A DNA stretch of 64,000 nt. It comes from Gracilinanus agilis (taxonomy: Eukaryota). This document shows positions 1-12,404 of the stretch, piece by piece. The DNA lies in assembly GCF_016433145.1 (NCBI RefSeq), contig NC_058130.1, positions 406,302,524-406,366,523 of the forward strand, given 5' to 3'. The notes beneath the pieces are model-generated. The model saw only the letters and a list, made by a program, of their open reading frames with translations, was not told the DNA's origin and searched no databases. The translations under genes and the position numbers were made by a program. Numbering within the stretch: the stretch's first letter is position 1; every line of letters begins with the position of its first letter.

Positions 1-187
1 GGACAAGAAGGAAGAGCATGGCCACATTATAATGGAAAGAGCATTGGCCCTGATTTCCAATAGCCCAGGTTCAAATGCCATCTATGATGCTCAATCATGG
101 GCAAGTCTCTTAACATTTCTGATTTTCAGTTTAGTAAAATGAGAAAGTTGACCTTGATGACCTCTAAGGTCTGCTCTTAGTCTAGTG

Positions 188-378
188 CAGTGGTTCCCAA
201 ACTTTTTTGGCCTACCGCCCCATTTCCAGAAAAAATATTACTTAGCCCCCTGGAAATTAATTTTTTTTATTTTAATAGCAATTAATAGGAAAGATAAATG
301 CACCTGTGGCCATCAACGCCCCCCTGGATCGCTGCAGCACCCACCAGGGAGTGGTAGCACCCACTTTGGGAATCACTG
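188..378. mobile_element. Non-autonomous hAT (Charlie-type) MITE, 191 bp
   Basis: TIRs CAGTGGTTCCCAAA and TTTGGGAATCACTG match at 13/14. Perfect 8-bp TSD GTCTAGTG at 180-187 and 379-386. An 8-bp TSD centred on TCTAG is typical of hAT-Charlie. Confidence 0.92.
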
Positions 379-630
379 GTCTAGTGCTATCATGCTCTGA
401 ATCACTTTGCAAATTGGCAGGCCAGTCTCCACAATTGTCAGTCAATGGTTGACAAGAATTTCTTAAGTGCCTACTATGAGCCAGGCCTATGCTAAATACT
501 AAGAAAGGGAAAAATATAATTCCTTCTCAAGGAACTCCCAACCTAATGCCAAGACCCAGGATAATTTTGTCACAGGACAAAATCCTCTGCTGTTTTCTTT
601 CCTGGAAATAGTTTCTTTAGGACAAGATTC

Positions 631-837
631 TTTTTTTTTTTTCTAAATCCTTACTTTCCACCTTGGATATATATACTGTGTATTGATTCCAAGGCAGAAG
701 AGTGCTAAAGGCTAGGCAATGAGGGTTAAGTGCCTTGCTCAGGGTCACATAGCTAGGAAGTGTCTGAGGCCAAATTTGAATCCAGGACCTCCCATCTCTG
801 GGCCTGATTCTCAATCCACTGAGCCATCCAGCTGCCC
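631..837 (-). mobile_element. Opossum CORE-SINE (SINE1_Mdo-like)
   Basis: Reverse complement of the GGGCAGCTGG..CTCAGTGGATTGAG head, GTTCAAAT B-box region, CORE, and GAAAGTAAGG + A-tail. Confidence 0.9.
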
Positions 838-844
838 GCTTTGG

Positions 845-995
845 CAGGATTCTTAATCTTTTCTGTGTCATGGAATCCTGCCTTGTGAAGCCCCAAAACC
901 CTTTCTCAAAAGAAGGTAGTGCTAAATTTCAGAAAGAAGTTAGTGAAAATACAGATGTGGGTTTTTTTCTCCCCATCCAAGTTCATGGACTTTGG
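845..995. mobile_element. Charlie1-derived hAT MITE fragment
   Basis: CAGGATTCTTAATCTTTT terminus. GTGAAGCC..CCCTTTCTCA and GCTAAATTTCAG..GTTAGTGAAAAT..CCCATCCAAGTTCATGGAC blocks match the recalled Charlie1 termini and the other copies in this window. Confidence 0.7.
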
Positions 996-2269
996 TCTAG
1001 AAGTTCCCCAAAGGGGAAGATTGGTTAAAGGAAGCTTCCCAAGGGAGGGAGGCCTTGAACTGGGCCTGGAAGAAGAGGAGGAAATAAGTAGACAGGAATA
1101 TCTTATGCTTTGCCTACACAATTACACTTCTCCAAACACATTTAAATAAATATGCACATTTTGGAGGCATACAGTGATGTCTTCACACCTAGCCTTGCTC
1201 TGAAAGTGTAAATGAGGGTTAAGCTTAAAGTCTGGCAGTCAGGAGATTGGGGTTGAGGCCTTTGCTCTGACCTTGACTTGGAAGATGCCTCAATTAAAGG
1301 CAAATTGATGACTACCTTGATTAGCCATCTGGAAAATGGACCCTGTAGCTTAAGGAACTTGTGCTTTTCTCAGTGTTCTAGACTCATGGAAATAATCATA
1401 AAAACAACTGACACTGATAGGATTATATAAAATTTGAGTCTCTCAGTGATCCTTTACTGGATTGATAGATGCTATAGACATTGTGAACCTCTTTTTCCAG
1501 ATGAAGACCCTAAATCTCAGATGATTGGTGTGGTCACATGGCTAGTCAGTGTCAAAGGCAGGATTCAACCCCAGAACTCTAAGGGTTCTGACTCTAAGTC
1601 CACAGTATTCATTCCACCAAACCCACAATACCATTCTTATAGGCCTAGGTCCAGATTTCTCAGGTCATCATGGAGGAATACCTATCATTGCTAAGGATCA
1701 TTGACCCAGAAGCCCAAAGCCCTTAGCTACTGCTGCTTTTCCTCCTCTTGCCATGGTCTCCAGCTTCAGCTTGGCATGCAGGGTCCTTTTTTGCCTAAGC
1801 CATCAGCTACAATAAGAAGAATTCACACATTTGTAGCATTTTTGTAGTCTAAAAAGCATTTTATATACATTCTCTCATTATGAGTTGGAGGTAATTATAG
1901 AAAGTGCTTTGCACATGTTTAAAGTGCTTCATGACTTTGAAGTATAAATGCTCTCTATTGTCATTATTATTATTGCTTCACAACAATCCCTTGAGGTAGG
2001 TAGAGCAAATATTATGATTCCATCACACAGAGGAGGAAACAGAGGCTCAGTGACATAAATTGACTTCCTTGAGGAGGTAGCATTTTTTTTGTAGTTTAGT
2101 TTTTTATTTCATAATCCTAAACTTAACTCTGTTGCATAGTCAGACTCATGGAAGAAAAGGGGAAATGAAATCCAAAGACAGTTGCAGCAAATGAAAGCAC
2201 AAGGATTACAGGATAGTAGAGCAGGTGGAATTCAGGGATGCTTTCTCTAGCTACAGAGGTTAGAATGAT

Positions 2270-2640
2270 TTGAGAGTTGAGAAGAGAATGGTTTGCATTT
2301 CAAGACCAATGGTTAGAGCACTAGCCTTGGAGTCATCCCTGAGTTCAAATTGGACTTCAAATATTTGCCAACTATGTGAATCTGGGAAGATCACAACCTC
2401 TGTTTGCCTCAGTTTCCTCAAATGTAAGATGAGGATAATAAAACCTACATCATAGGTATGGTGTTTAAAACAGTGCCTAGCATAGAGTAGGTACTATATA
2501 TAAATGTTTTTTCCCATCCCTTCTCTACTTGCTACTTCTGTGACCTTAGGCAAATCACTTAACCTCTCAAAGTCTGTTTTCTCATCTATAAAATGAGGGG
2601 GTTGAAATAGGACCCTTCTAATTCTAAGGTTCTAGGATCA
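2270..2640 (+). mobile_element. MIR/CORE-SINE relics (two adjacent)
   Basis: CORE motif GCCTCAGTTTCCTCAAATGTAAGATGAGG at ~2405 and TTTCTCATCTATAAAATGAGGGGG at ~2578. Confidence 0.75.
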
Positions 2641-4132
2641 TATATACCACTAATGAGCAGTAGCACCAGTTACCAGTTATCAGTTAAACCTAAGCCTTTG
2701 GACCCTCTGTCACACTATTCCAAAACCCTCTCCCACAAGCGCCCTAAATATGCCATCCCCTCTGTAACCAGGCCAGTTGACTCACCATCCCCAAAAGACA
2801 CACTTTTTCTTCTGGGCCAGTGTTGCTGTCCATCTTTCTCCCTTGGTACCCAATTGGAATACATGCCTTCCAAACCTTTGTCCTTTCTGTCAACCCCACA
2901 GCCTAGCTTCTTCCTAGTTACTTCCTTGAGGAAATCTTCCTATGGATAACATCAGCCAGTGATGACCTATTTGTAAAATCATTATCAGACTGCCCTGAGA
3001 TTTAGAGGACATTATGACTAGAAGACATCCCAGAGTCATATAGTCCAATCTCCTATTTTACAGATGAGGAAATTGAGGCTGTGACTTACCTGATTTTTTT
3101 TCTCTAGAGATTCTCTCTAATTGCTTGATATGTGTATTTATCTCCCTAACAGTATTTTAAACTCCTCGAAGGAAAGAATCAAATGATACCCAAGCCAGTA
3201 AATATTGGTTGAACCCAAGGTCTTGAACAGAGAGGCTCATGTATGCAGCTATAGCTCCATTCTTCAGGAACTTGCCCAACTCTTAGCAATGCTTCCATCC
3301 CTTCTCTGCCTAGAATGTGTGGGTTTCCAGGGGTTAAGTGGGAAAGTAACCCAAACCTAAGACCCATCTGACCTATTAACTTTATCCTCAAGCTGGAAAG
3401 AGTAACCTGAACCATTGCTTACTGACTTGAGTTATAACAAATAGGCCATCTGGCCTCTGGTTAATGAGCTAGTTGTTTTTTAAGGAGATGAGTGTTTAGT
3501 GAAATGGGAAGTTGGATGGGAAGGGAAATGAATGGGAAAGGGAACTGAAGTCAGAAGGAAAAGAGGGATAGCCTATCTCCTCTTAGTCAGATCTAATCCC
3601 AGAATGCGCTGACCCCACCAATCTATCAGTAAGCATTTACTAATTGTCTACTGTATGGCTATCATCGTGCTAAGCTCCTGGCATACAAAGACAGAAATGA
3701 AAGTGCACTTGCTTTCCTGGAGCAGGTACTCTGTCAGTGGACAAAATATCCACAAATTAAACATACAAAATACAACTTAATTGTGTAGACACTGGCAGCT
3801 AGAGAGATCCACTGAGGAATCATAGAAAGTTGTGCGTGAAGAAGGCTTTGCCAACTCCAAAACAGGACATAAGTTCTGTTGCAAGAGAATCACAGCAGAT
3901 TTTCATATTCCCAGAGAGCCAGGATGTGACTGTGGTTATTATAGACACTCATAAAAAGTACTGAGTCAAGAGAACTGGGTTCTAAGGTCCTGCTTCCACC
4001 ACTAGCATGAATGCGATCTTGGATAAGTAATTTTACCTTTCTGGACCTCAATAATTCCATTTGTACAATGAAGGAGCTAGACTAGATGATCTCCAAGGAC
4101 TCTTTCCAGTGTGTTAAAATACAATGGTTCTA

Positions 4133-4317
4133 GGGCAACTAGATGGCTCATTGGACAGAGAGCCAGAGATGGGAGACCCTTGGTTCAAATCTGGTCTCAG
4201 ACACTTCTAGCTATGTAACCCTGGGCAAGACTCTTAACCCCAATTGCCTTGACTGCTCTTCTACCTTGGATTCAATTAGTATCCATTCTAAGACAGAAGG
4301 TAAGGGATTAAAAAAAA
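4133..4317 (+). mobile_element. Opossum CORE-SINE (SINE1_Mdo-like)
   Basis: tRNA-like head, CORE, and the tail TTCTAAGACAGAAGGTAAGGG-A(n). Confidence 0.85.
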
Positions 4318-4739
4318 TTCAATGGTTCCTTGTTGAGCATCTCACTAACTCTGGAGATCATTTATTGGTTACATTCTCACATTAATCTGAAATCTATCAC
4401 CCAGTAACTTCCTTCCCTCATTGGTCCTAATTCTCTTCCTAGTAGAGGCATAATTTAAAAAATTCTGATCAATCTGTGAGCTCAGGGAGGTAGGTTTTCC
4501 CACCAATGAGACAATGAAACCTAACTATATCTGCCTATCCCATGTGGCACTTGTCTAGGGCCACCCAGAAGTTTGCAGCAGGGAGTCAACCCAACATTCT
4601 GGGGGCCTCTACTCATTTTTTCTTGACATCAAGAGGATGCCAATGAAGAACATGGTTCACTGGTTGCCTCTCACATTCACTATGTAACTAACTCATCTTC
4701 TTGGCTCATTAATTTCTCTAGGGTCAGCCTAACACTAGA

Positions 4740-4980
4740 GATAGAAAACTGGACAGAACTCATGATTGGGAGTCAGGAAGACCCAAGTTTAAATCTCATC
4801 TCCAACACATACTAGCTATGCAACTTTGAGCAAGTCACTTAATCTTTCTCCACCTTAGTTTAGCTATCTGCAAAATGAGGGCCATAATAGTACCAACCTC
4901 ACAGGGTTGCTGTGAGACTGAAATAAAAAAAAAACACCTAGTAAACTTTAAAACACTATATAAATTTTATCTCTTATGAT
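4740..4980 (+). mobile_element. MIR-family SINE
   Basis: Head, CORE (ATCTGCAAAATGAGGG) and ACCTCACAGGGTTGCTGTGAG tail. Confidence 0.75.
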
Positions 4981-5630
4981 TCAATATTAATGACATTTTA
5001 GAAAGCAAATGATGCTAAGAATCATGGTTTTTAGATTGTCTATAAATTTTAACTTGGCTGTTGATATTCTAGGTATATCATTGTCCAATGACCAATGAAT
5101 GAATATGGTACTAGAGAAACATAGTCCTCTTCTATAGAATTCTTCAGATATTCAGGGAAATGTTCCCAAAGAGGTGATACTGAGAAGAGGGTTCCTGAAG
5201 TGGGTGGCAGGTAGGGATAGATGACCTCTAGAGTCCTTAAGACACAAAGAGAGTAATCCTGACCCTCCTAAGTTTTCTTTTCTTCAAGCTAAGCATCCTT
5301 CATCCATCCTTTCCACTTGGTAGAACTCTCTCTCTAGCCTCTTCATCTTTCTCTGGACCCTCTCATTTACACCCTTCCTTTTAATCACTCTGGTTTCTAT
5401 CAACTAACCTTTCCCCAAAGTGAGCAGGCCTGTAGGTCCCATGGAGAGGGGAAAGAATGGTGCCAGGGGACAGACCCATGCCGGTGGGCATCTACCACAC
5501 AGAGAAGCCTAATTATTGAAGCCAATCTCTAAGGTTCCTTCTCTCTCTTCAGACTTTGTTTGCCTCAGGTGTCTCTTCCCCTTTCTGTGGCCTTTCTCCC
5601 TTTGTGAATAATTCTTTCCACTAAGGCACC

Positions 5631-5648
5631 CAGTGCCCCCTGGCAGAG
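5631..5648 (-). promoter_or_regulatory. Candidate CTCF site
   Basis: CAGTGCCCCCTGGCAGAG closely matches the reverse CTCF core YAGYGCCCCCTRGTGG and lies in non-repeat sequence. Motif only. Confidence 0.45.
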
Positions 5649-8600
5649 TCTCTGGGTGAGCTACCTCCTACTCCCCTAATCAAATCCTGTGCCCAGAAAA
5701 GACTGATATCTGCCAGGTATATCTGATTGGAAATGTCAACAACAACTTCACTGCCCTCCCTCGAGGGACTTGCATTTCTAGCCTGCTGGTAGCATGGAAG
5801 GCTGAATCTCCCCATAAGAGAATCTAATCAGCCAACAGGAGAAAGGAGATTACTTGGGATGTTTTTGTTGTGTCGCTTTGGGGGGGGACCCAGGAGTGTG
5901 GAGGAAGGCTTCCTGTCTCTTGGGTCATCATGTGCAGGGCATAGAAGTGACTCCTTTGTATAATGTCAAGAATACCATGGAGTACAGATACAAAATCCTC
6001 CCCCACCAGGCGGCTGATGCCTGGAATCCTAGTAGGGGAGCTTTATTCCTAGTCTAAGACACTGATCCTTTTTTGAAATGCATATCCCCCTGGGAAGGAT
6101 GCTCATTTAAACTGTTATCTCTCACATGCCTTGATGTGAATGAAGGCTCTAGAATTTTGTTGAGGTAGGGGAAAAAGGGCCAGAGGACACTCTTCCCCCT
6201 GGTGATAAGGCAGCAGGTCCCACTGGATAGAGGGAAGAGCCCTGGAGGTATGGCAAGGGAAGATTCAAAGTCAAACTTGGAAGATTTCACCATCTTGCTA
6301 TGGGCCCAGCCCAGAGTTATAAGTAGCAATTTCTGGTAACTAGCAATTTTGGCCCCTGAGGGAATTAGCATTAAAGGTACCCTCATGGGAGAGGGGATAG
6401 GAGGGAAGGGCAGCAGGAACCTCTTGGAAAGAACTCTCCTAGGGATAGGGGAAGAAGTACATATCCTCTCCCAGCTTTCTATTTAAACTAATTGTTCTTA
6501 GCCAAGTGTTCAAACTCAAGTTGTTTCCTTCAGTGCCTGCTATGTTTTAGTGCCCTGGGCCAACTGCAGTCACCTTACCCTGCTTATAGTTTTGACCAGT
6601 CCTGCCAGTGATTGGATTATAGAATCAGAACATAATAAAGCTGGACAAAGCCTAAGAAAGTATCATTTTCCTCCTTAGGAAACCGAGGCAAAGGGGAGAG
6701 ATGAGTGACAAAGCCAAGCTCCCAACCCAGGTGCTATTTTTTAAAAAATCTCTATCTATGCACAAGGCAAGTTATTCTGGGTAAGAAAATAAAAGAAATC
6801 AACTTTCTTCTCTTCTTGCCTGGAATTTATCCCAACTGGCCTTGGGAGAGAGGCCAGTTTTTTTTTATTTACGGGGCTGAGAGAATGTCTATTACTCACT
6901 TGTATACTATCAGTGCATTAGTGGGAATGTTTCCCTCTGCTCTGTCCCTGATCTCAGGTGACAGATTTCCAGTGAACGAGCCATGAGATCCCCCCTGGCA
7001 ACCTTTCCTTGGAGCTGGAGTTTTCAGACAAATTATGGATCCCATACAAAATGGCAAAAGTCTGGCCCTCGTTAGTAGAAGAGGGAATTCGGTGAAAACA
7101 GGTCTGAGGCAGGGGGCTCCGGGTGGGTTGTGCTCAGTGTTCATTGAGCCTTGGAAAATCTTGGCCGGGGGTGAGCCTGCGGCTTGGCCACTGGCCTGAT
7201 ATCCTGTCAGTTTCTGGAGCCTTTGCTCTGGGTGGGTCTGTTCTGGAAGGAGGCCAGGCTTTCTCCAGAGAGTTTTTATTAAGAAGAAGCAGCCGAAGAC
7301 CCAAGCCAGCCTTTCTAAAAATTGTGAAGTCAGCTAAGTTGTGCTGTATGGCTGCAGTGTTCCTGCTCTTCACCTTCCCTGCCATTCATTAGGGGAGCCC
7401 TCTTCTCTTCCCAACTGCATCCTGTTCTCAGGGTCCCTAGGCCCCTCTCCCAACAAGACTTTCTCTCGGAAAAAGCTCTGAAGCCCAGATATGGGTAACT
7501 GATCAAGTCTTACTCCAACAGTTACTCTTTGGAGGTATTTGCATTTTTCACAAGAATTTAGTAAGTCTTCAGCCAAAGGAATGTATTTCCAGTGGGAGAA
7601 TTCTAGGCATCAACAAACTGGCTGGAGAGGTTAAAGGATCATAGAATTGGAAGGGAAAATACCTTCTATGGCCTCTAGTTCACATACGCCTCCATTACAG
7701 ATTAGGAAACTGAGGCTGGGGGGAAGAGCTAAATTATTTGTCCATGTTCATAGGGGGGTAAATAAATCAGATGTGGTATCTTCTGAAGGCCTGCCCTTTG
7801 ATTCTACAGCCAATAGTTGTTGTTGTTGTTTTTTTCTAATGTATAAAATGAGATATTTGTGCTCCCTAGAAATCACAGCACGGGTCCTGCTCACACTCAG
7901 CATCTCTAAGGAAAGGATTCTTATGGGTCTTTGACGTTTATCAACAAACAAGCATCCTCTATAGGGGATGCAGGGGATGAGAAGGGAGAGCAGGAAAGCA
8001 GGCTCCTTGCTGGGTTGAACCTTGGGTTACAGGGTGAGAGAGCTGCTTGCTAGCGGTTTTCTGGTCCTCTGATGGAGGGGGCTGGTGCTAACAGATGTGC
8101 TGCTGAGACCCTCTGGGGAGAAGGAAAAACATTTGACTTTCCAGGTGTCTACTCACAGGAAGGTCATGTTTGTATAGCCTGCTGGCTTAAGGGAAAGGGG
8201 GTGGGGGAGGGATTTGGGGGTCAGGAAATAAAATGTCTCTGACTTCTCTTGCCTCTGGCTATCTGCCAGCAGTCTTGCTCAAGACCTCTTACATCAAGGA
8301 CTGCCTCCCATTGACCCTGAAATGGGTCATTGTGAATGTCAGAGAAGCAGCCAGGAGAAACAGTCTTTGTATGTATTTACTAGAATTCAGAACAGAATAC
8401 CCTTTGTTGCTGCAGCTTTTAAAGATGGTCAAGCCCCGCTGGAAGAAAATCTAATAGATGAAATTCAGCGCTTAGAAAAATAGATAAACAGTGGCTAGGG
8501 TGTTCCATTTGAAACTGGAAGACCTGGGTTCAAATCCCAACTCTGCACCTTATTGTCATATTTTTATCAGATTGTGAATCCTCTTTGGACTTCAGTTTCC

Positions 8601-8838
8601 TTCTCTTTAAAATGGAGAGATCAATCAATAAGAATTTATTAAGGGCCTGAAAAGATAAACAAAATAGTACCTGCCCTCTAGGAACTGATATTCTGTAACT
8701 GATCTCTGAGGATCTAAATCTATTCAATACAATAAGGATTTAGTAAGCCCTACTACGTGCCAGGCACTATACTAAGCACTGGGGATACAAAGAGGCAGAA
8801 AGTCCTAGCCCTCCAAGAAATAACAATCTAATGGGGGA

Positions 8839-9025
8839 GGGGGTTTCTAGGTGGCTCAGTGGATAGAGGGTCAGACCTGGAGAGAAGAGGTCCTGGGTTC
8901 AAATTTGACCTCAGACACTTCCTAGCTGTGTGGTCCTGAGTAAGTCTCTTAACCCACATCGCCTAGTCCTTTCTACTCTTCTGCTTTGGAACCAATACTG
9001 TTGGTAGTGATTCTAAGACAGATTT
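8839..9025 (+). mobile_element. Opossum CORE-SINE (SINE1_Mdo-like)
   Basis: CTAGGTGGCTCAGTGGATAGAG head, GTCCTGGGTTCAAAT, CORE, CTCTTCTGC..GAACCAATAC tail. Confidence 0.85.
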
Positions 9026-10274
9026 GAGAAAAGGAAAACTAATGGAGGAGAAAACATGCAAACAAATATATACAAAGCAAACTATGTAAATATTAATTAG
9101 GAAATCATTTAAAGATGGAAGGTAGATTTCAAATATAGATTCAAATCTATCTATATAGATAAAGAAGTATTTGCTTTTTAAAAAATAAATCATCAGGGAA
9201 TTCTTCTAGTGACTTCCCTCCATTGATGATCTTTATTTTACCCTGAATATATCTTATTTGTCCATTGTTATTTATATGTTGTCTTCCCCATTACACTGTA
9301 AGTTCCTTTAGAGCAGGGATTTTTTTTCTTTTTTCTCTTTTGTCTTTTGCTGTATCCTTAGCATTTAGCACAGTGACCAGCACATAATAGGTGCTTTTTG
9401 ACTGATTGATTGATTTTAAATAGCTAACTTCAAACTGTTTTGAGTTGGTTTATTTGAGTCTGAGCCTGTGATTTCATTTGGTAATGGGACATTCTCTCCT
9501 AATGCAGACCAGTGACTGCTCTGAAACTCCCAGTCTTGAGTGCTGCCCAGGGCACTGAGAGCTACAGGGTCCCACAGCCAATATGGGTCAAAGGCAGCCC
9601 TTGGACTTAGGTCTTCCTGATTCTGATTGCTTCCACTCCACACTGTCCTTCTAGTTTCTAGGGTGTTGGAGAAGCAATAAGACCATAGATGGATATAGAT
9701 AAAGAAGGCACCTTGGTTCCTAATCCAACTAACCTTATTTTACAGATAATGAAAATGAGGTACAGGAAAATGGCTTGTCTAAGGTGAAGAAACCTTGTTT
9801 GCCCAAGGTCACATAATTAGTAAAGGGTAGAAGCAACGTCTAAAACCTGGGTTCCTTGGACTCTACACTCTATACTCTTTCCCATTGCACCAAGTTTATT
9901 TAATTTCTTGAAATGTGACTTATGCCCAACATTTTGACTTATTGCTTTTGAATCTCACAAAAAGAAAAAGATGGCAGAACCTGCCTAGCCTGGGACAGGA
10001 GTGCAAAGGAGTCATAAAACCCTGGAACCAGAAGATCATAGAACTGGAAGGAACTTCAGATGTCTTCTACCCCTCCCCTTCATATTACAGAGACCAAGGT
10101 CCAGAAAGTCAAAGACTCACTTTGGAGAAATAAGACAGAGTGAAGCAAATCCTAGAATCCTGAACTCATTTGTCTCTAATTTCCCAAGAACTTGTGAAAT
10201 TTGTCCGTGTTCTGCTTTTTTTTATCTTTTAGCTTATAGATATAATTATTTGAAATGCGAAATAAAAAAACGAA

Positions 10275-10480
10275 TGCATCAGGTAGCTCGGTGGATTGAG
10301 AGCCAGTCTAGAGTTAAGAGATCCTGGGTTCAAATCTAATCTCAGACATTTCCTAGCTGGGTAACATTAGGCAAATCACTTAACTGGCATTGCCTAGCCC
10401 TTACCACTCTTCCACTGTGGATCAAAGACACAGTATTAATTCTACAATGGAAGGTAAGAGTTTAGGGAGAAAAAAAAAAA
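10275..10480 (+). mobile_element. Opossum CORE-SINE (SINE1_Mdo-like)
   Basis: Full head, CORE and tail ending GGAAGGTAAGAG and an A run. Confidence 0.85.
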
Positions 10481-11071
10481 GATACATCCTCTGGCCTTGG
10501 TTTATTCTTCTTGCTTACAACCCCACAGGCAAATTCAGATATAATTAAAGAAAGCAATATTCAACATAATACTCTGTGAGGTGCTTTTGTGGAAAGAAAG
10601 GACTTCATATGATAATGTCTATGCCTGAGTAGTTTGTCATCAGTGGGAGACACAATATAGGGAACAATGGCTAGATTTGGAGTGAGAAGACCTTGATTCA
10701 AATCCTGCTTCTGCTTCCAGCTTTATGGTCATAGCTAAGTAGCTGCAACTCCCAGGACCTCAAGTTTCTTCATCTGAAATGAGGGGATTAGACCAGATGA
10801 TCTCCAAGTTCCCTTAGAGTTTTAAATCCTATGATGGCATGGCCTATGTAAAGTGAGAACACTCATACTCCAAATTACAAGTTATTTATGGGCTACTCTT
10901 ATGTGTCAGGACTGTTTCATGGGAAAATTGAGAATAATAAAATTCATCTTTGACTTCACCCCCAAACCTCTCTTTTTCCATACAATGGGAAGTTCCCTGG
11001 GGACCGAGACCTCTCCTAGCTAGACTTTATACCTCCTCAGAGAGTCCAGTACACAGGTGGTACTTTATAAA

Positions 11072-11248
11072 CAACAGGAGGTTCAGTGGACTGAGAGTCA
11101 GGCCTGGAGATAAGAGTTCCTGGGTTTAAATCTGGCCTCAGACACTTCCTATAACTCTGAACAAGTCACTCAACCCCCATTGCCTAGCCCTTACCACTCT
11201 TCTGCCTTAGAATTGATTCTGAAACAGAGGGTAATGGTTTAAAAAAAA
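11072..11248 (+). mobile_element. Opossum CORE-SINE (SINE1_Mdo-like)
   Basis: Same diagnostic tail (CCCTTACCACTCTTCTGCCTTAG) and A-tail. Confidence 0.85.
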
Positions 11249-11514
11249 TGAATGGGGATTGAGAAAGATGACTGTTAAATGAGTCCAGTTTCATATGAGT
11301 CCAAGTTTCATATATGTTTGTTAAATTGAAGCAATTTTCCTTTCTTTTCAACTATAGGAAATGGTGCATCCTCCATACTTCTCCAGGTATCCAGTGTCTT
11401 ATACCTTCTTAATCTCCCCCAGTATCCATCACATCAAACCTTTCTGCCAGACAAGGATCTTATGGGCTCGTTCACACTAAGATGTAGATGACTGACAACT
11501 ATCCTGTGTTGCCC

Positions 11515-11791
11515 CAGAGGTATACTGGAGCCAAGTTAAACCAGCTGAGCCAATTGTTAAATTTTCAGTATGAGCATTTATACCTCAAAAATGCAGCAAA
11601 GAAAAAATGATAATTAAAAAGGTAAAATTTTAAATTTTAAAAAGCAGCAAAGGAATTGATTCATTTTTTAGCTGTCTAAACTTCAGAAAAGATAAAGAAA
11701 ATGTTAATAATTCAGATTAAACTTAAAAGTATGTCATTGGCATTTAAAAAGTCAGAAAACCAGTTATTAAACATTTACCAGCATTCCTACG
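11515..11791. mobile_element. MER63-like hAT (Blackjack) MITE, degraded
   Basis: Degenerate TIRs CAGAGGTATACTGG and CCAGCATTCCTACG. Internal blocks GCCAATTGTTAAATTTTCAGTATGAGCATTTATACCTC and ATGTTAATAATTCAGATTAAACTTAAAAGT, plus GTTATTAAACATTTACCAGCA, match the recalled MER63 consensus. Confidence 0.75.
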
Positions 11792-12221
11792 GGTGCTCCT
11801 CTCCAGGGTGTTTGCATTTTAGCAGGAGACGGTATCTTAACCCCAAAAAATGAATGTGGAATTTCATGCATTAGCAAGCTCTTTGGGGAAATATTTTGTA
11901 GCATAAAAGAATCCTCTTCCCCAACCCCTGAAATCATAAAAGATCCAGTTGTGTTGTTCTAGAGCTGACAGAGATTTTAGAGACCTTCTTCTTGTATAAC
12001 CCAATCCGTCCTCATTTTGCACCTGAAGAAGCAGAGGCACAAAGAGAGGAAGTGATGGCTGCCCATTGCATAGTTCAGATTTGCCTTGTTCTCTCTATAA
12101 AAGCATTCTTCAGTTGTTATCTGCACTCTTTATTTCCTTTTTCTCCAATTAGACAATTCTCCAATAAACTCCTATATTTATACCCAGCCCTCAACCCCAT
12201 TCCTCGGAGTCTAGTGCATTT

Positions 12222-12404
12222 TTTTTAACTCTTAACTTCTGTCTTAGAATTGATACTAAGTATTGATTCTAAGGCAGAAGAGTGGTGAGGACTAGGTAAT
12301 GGGGTTAAGTGACTTGCTCAGGGAGTGTCTGGGTTCATATTCGAACCCAGGACCTCTGATCACCAGAGCTGACTCTCTATCCACTGAGCCACCTAGCTGC
12401 CCCT
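12222..12404 (-). mobile_element. Opossum CORE-SINE (SINE1_Mdo-like)
   Basis: Reverse-oriented copy with 13-bp TSD GTCTAGTGCATTT at 12209-12221 and 12407-12419. Confidence 0.9.

Noticed and set aside
2786-2924. Minus-strand open 139-nt segment ending RRKSVSFGD with a GTGAGT donor (RVxF-like motif)
   Set aside because: The acceptor is weak, with competing upstream AGs, and the peptide is unrecognised. Probably chance.
7370-7610. CEKC-containing minus-strand ORF resembling an integrase zinc finger
   Set aside because: Only a CxxC is present. There is no HH pair, DDE core or LTR context.
8260-8480. Protein-like open frames on both strands (for example DGQAPLEENLIDEIQRLEK; RGLTIFKSCSNK)
   Set aside because: No recognisable homologue and no consistent pair of strong splice sites.
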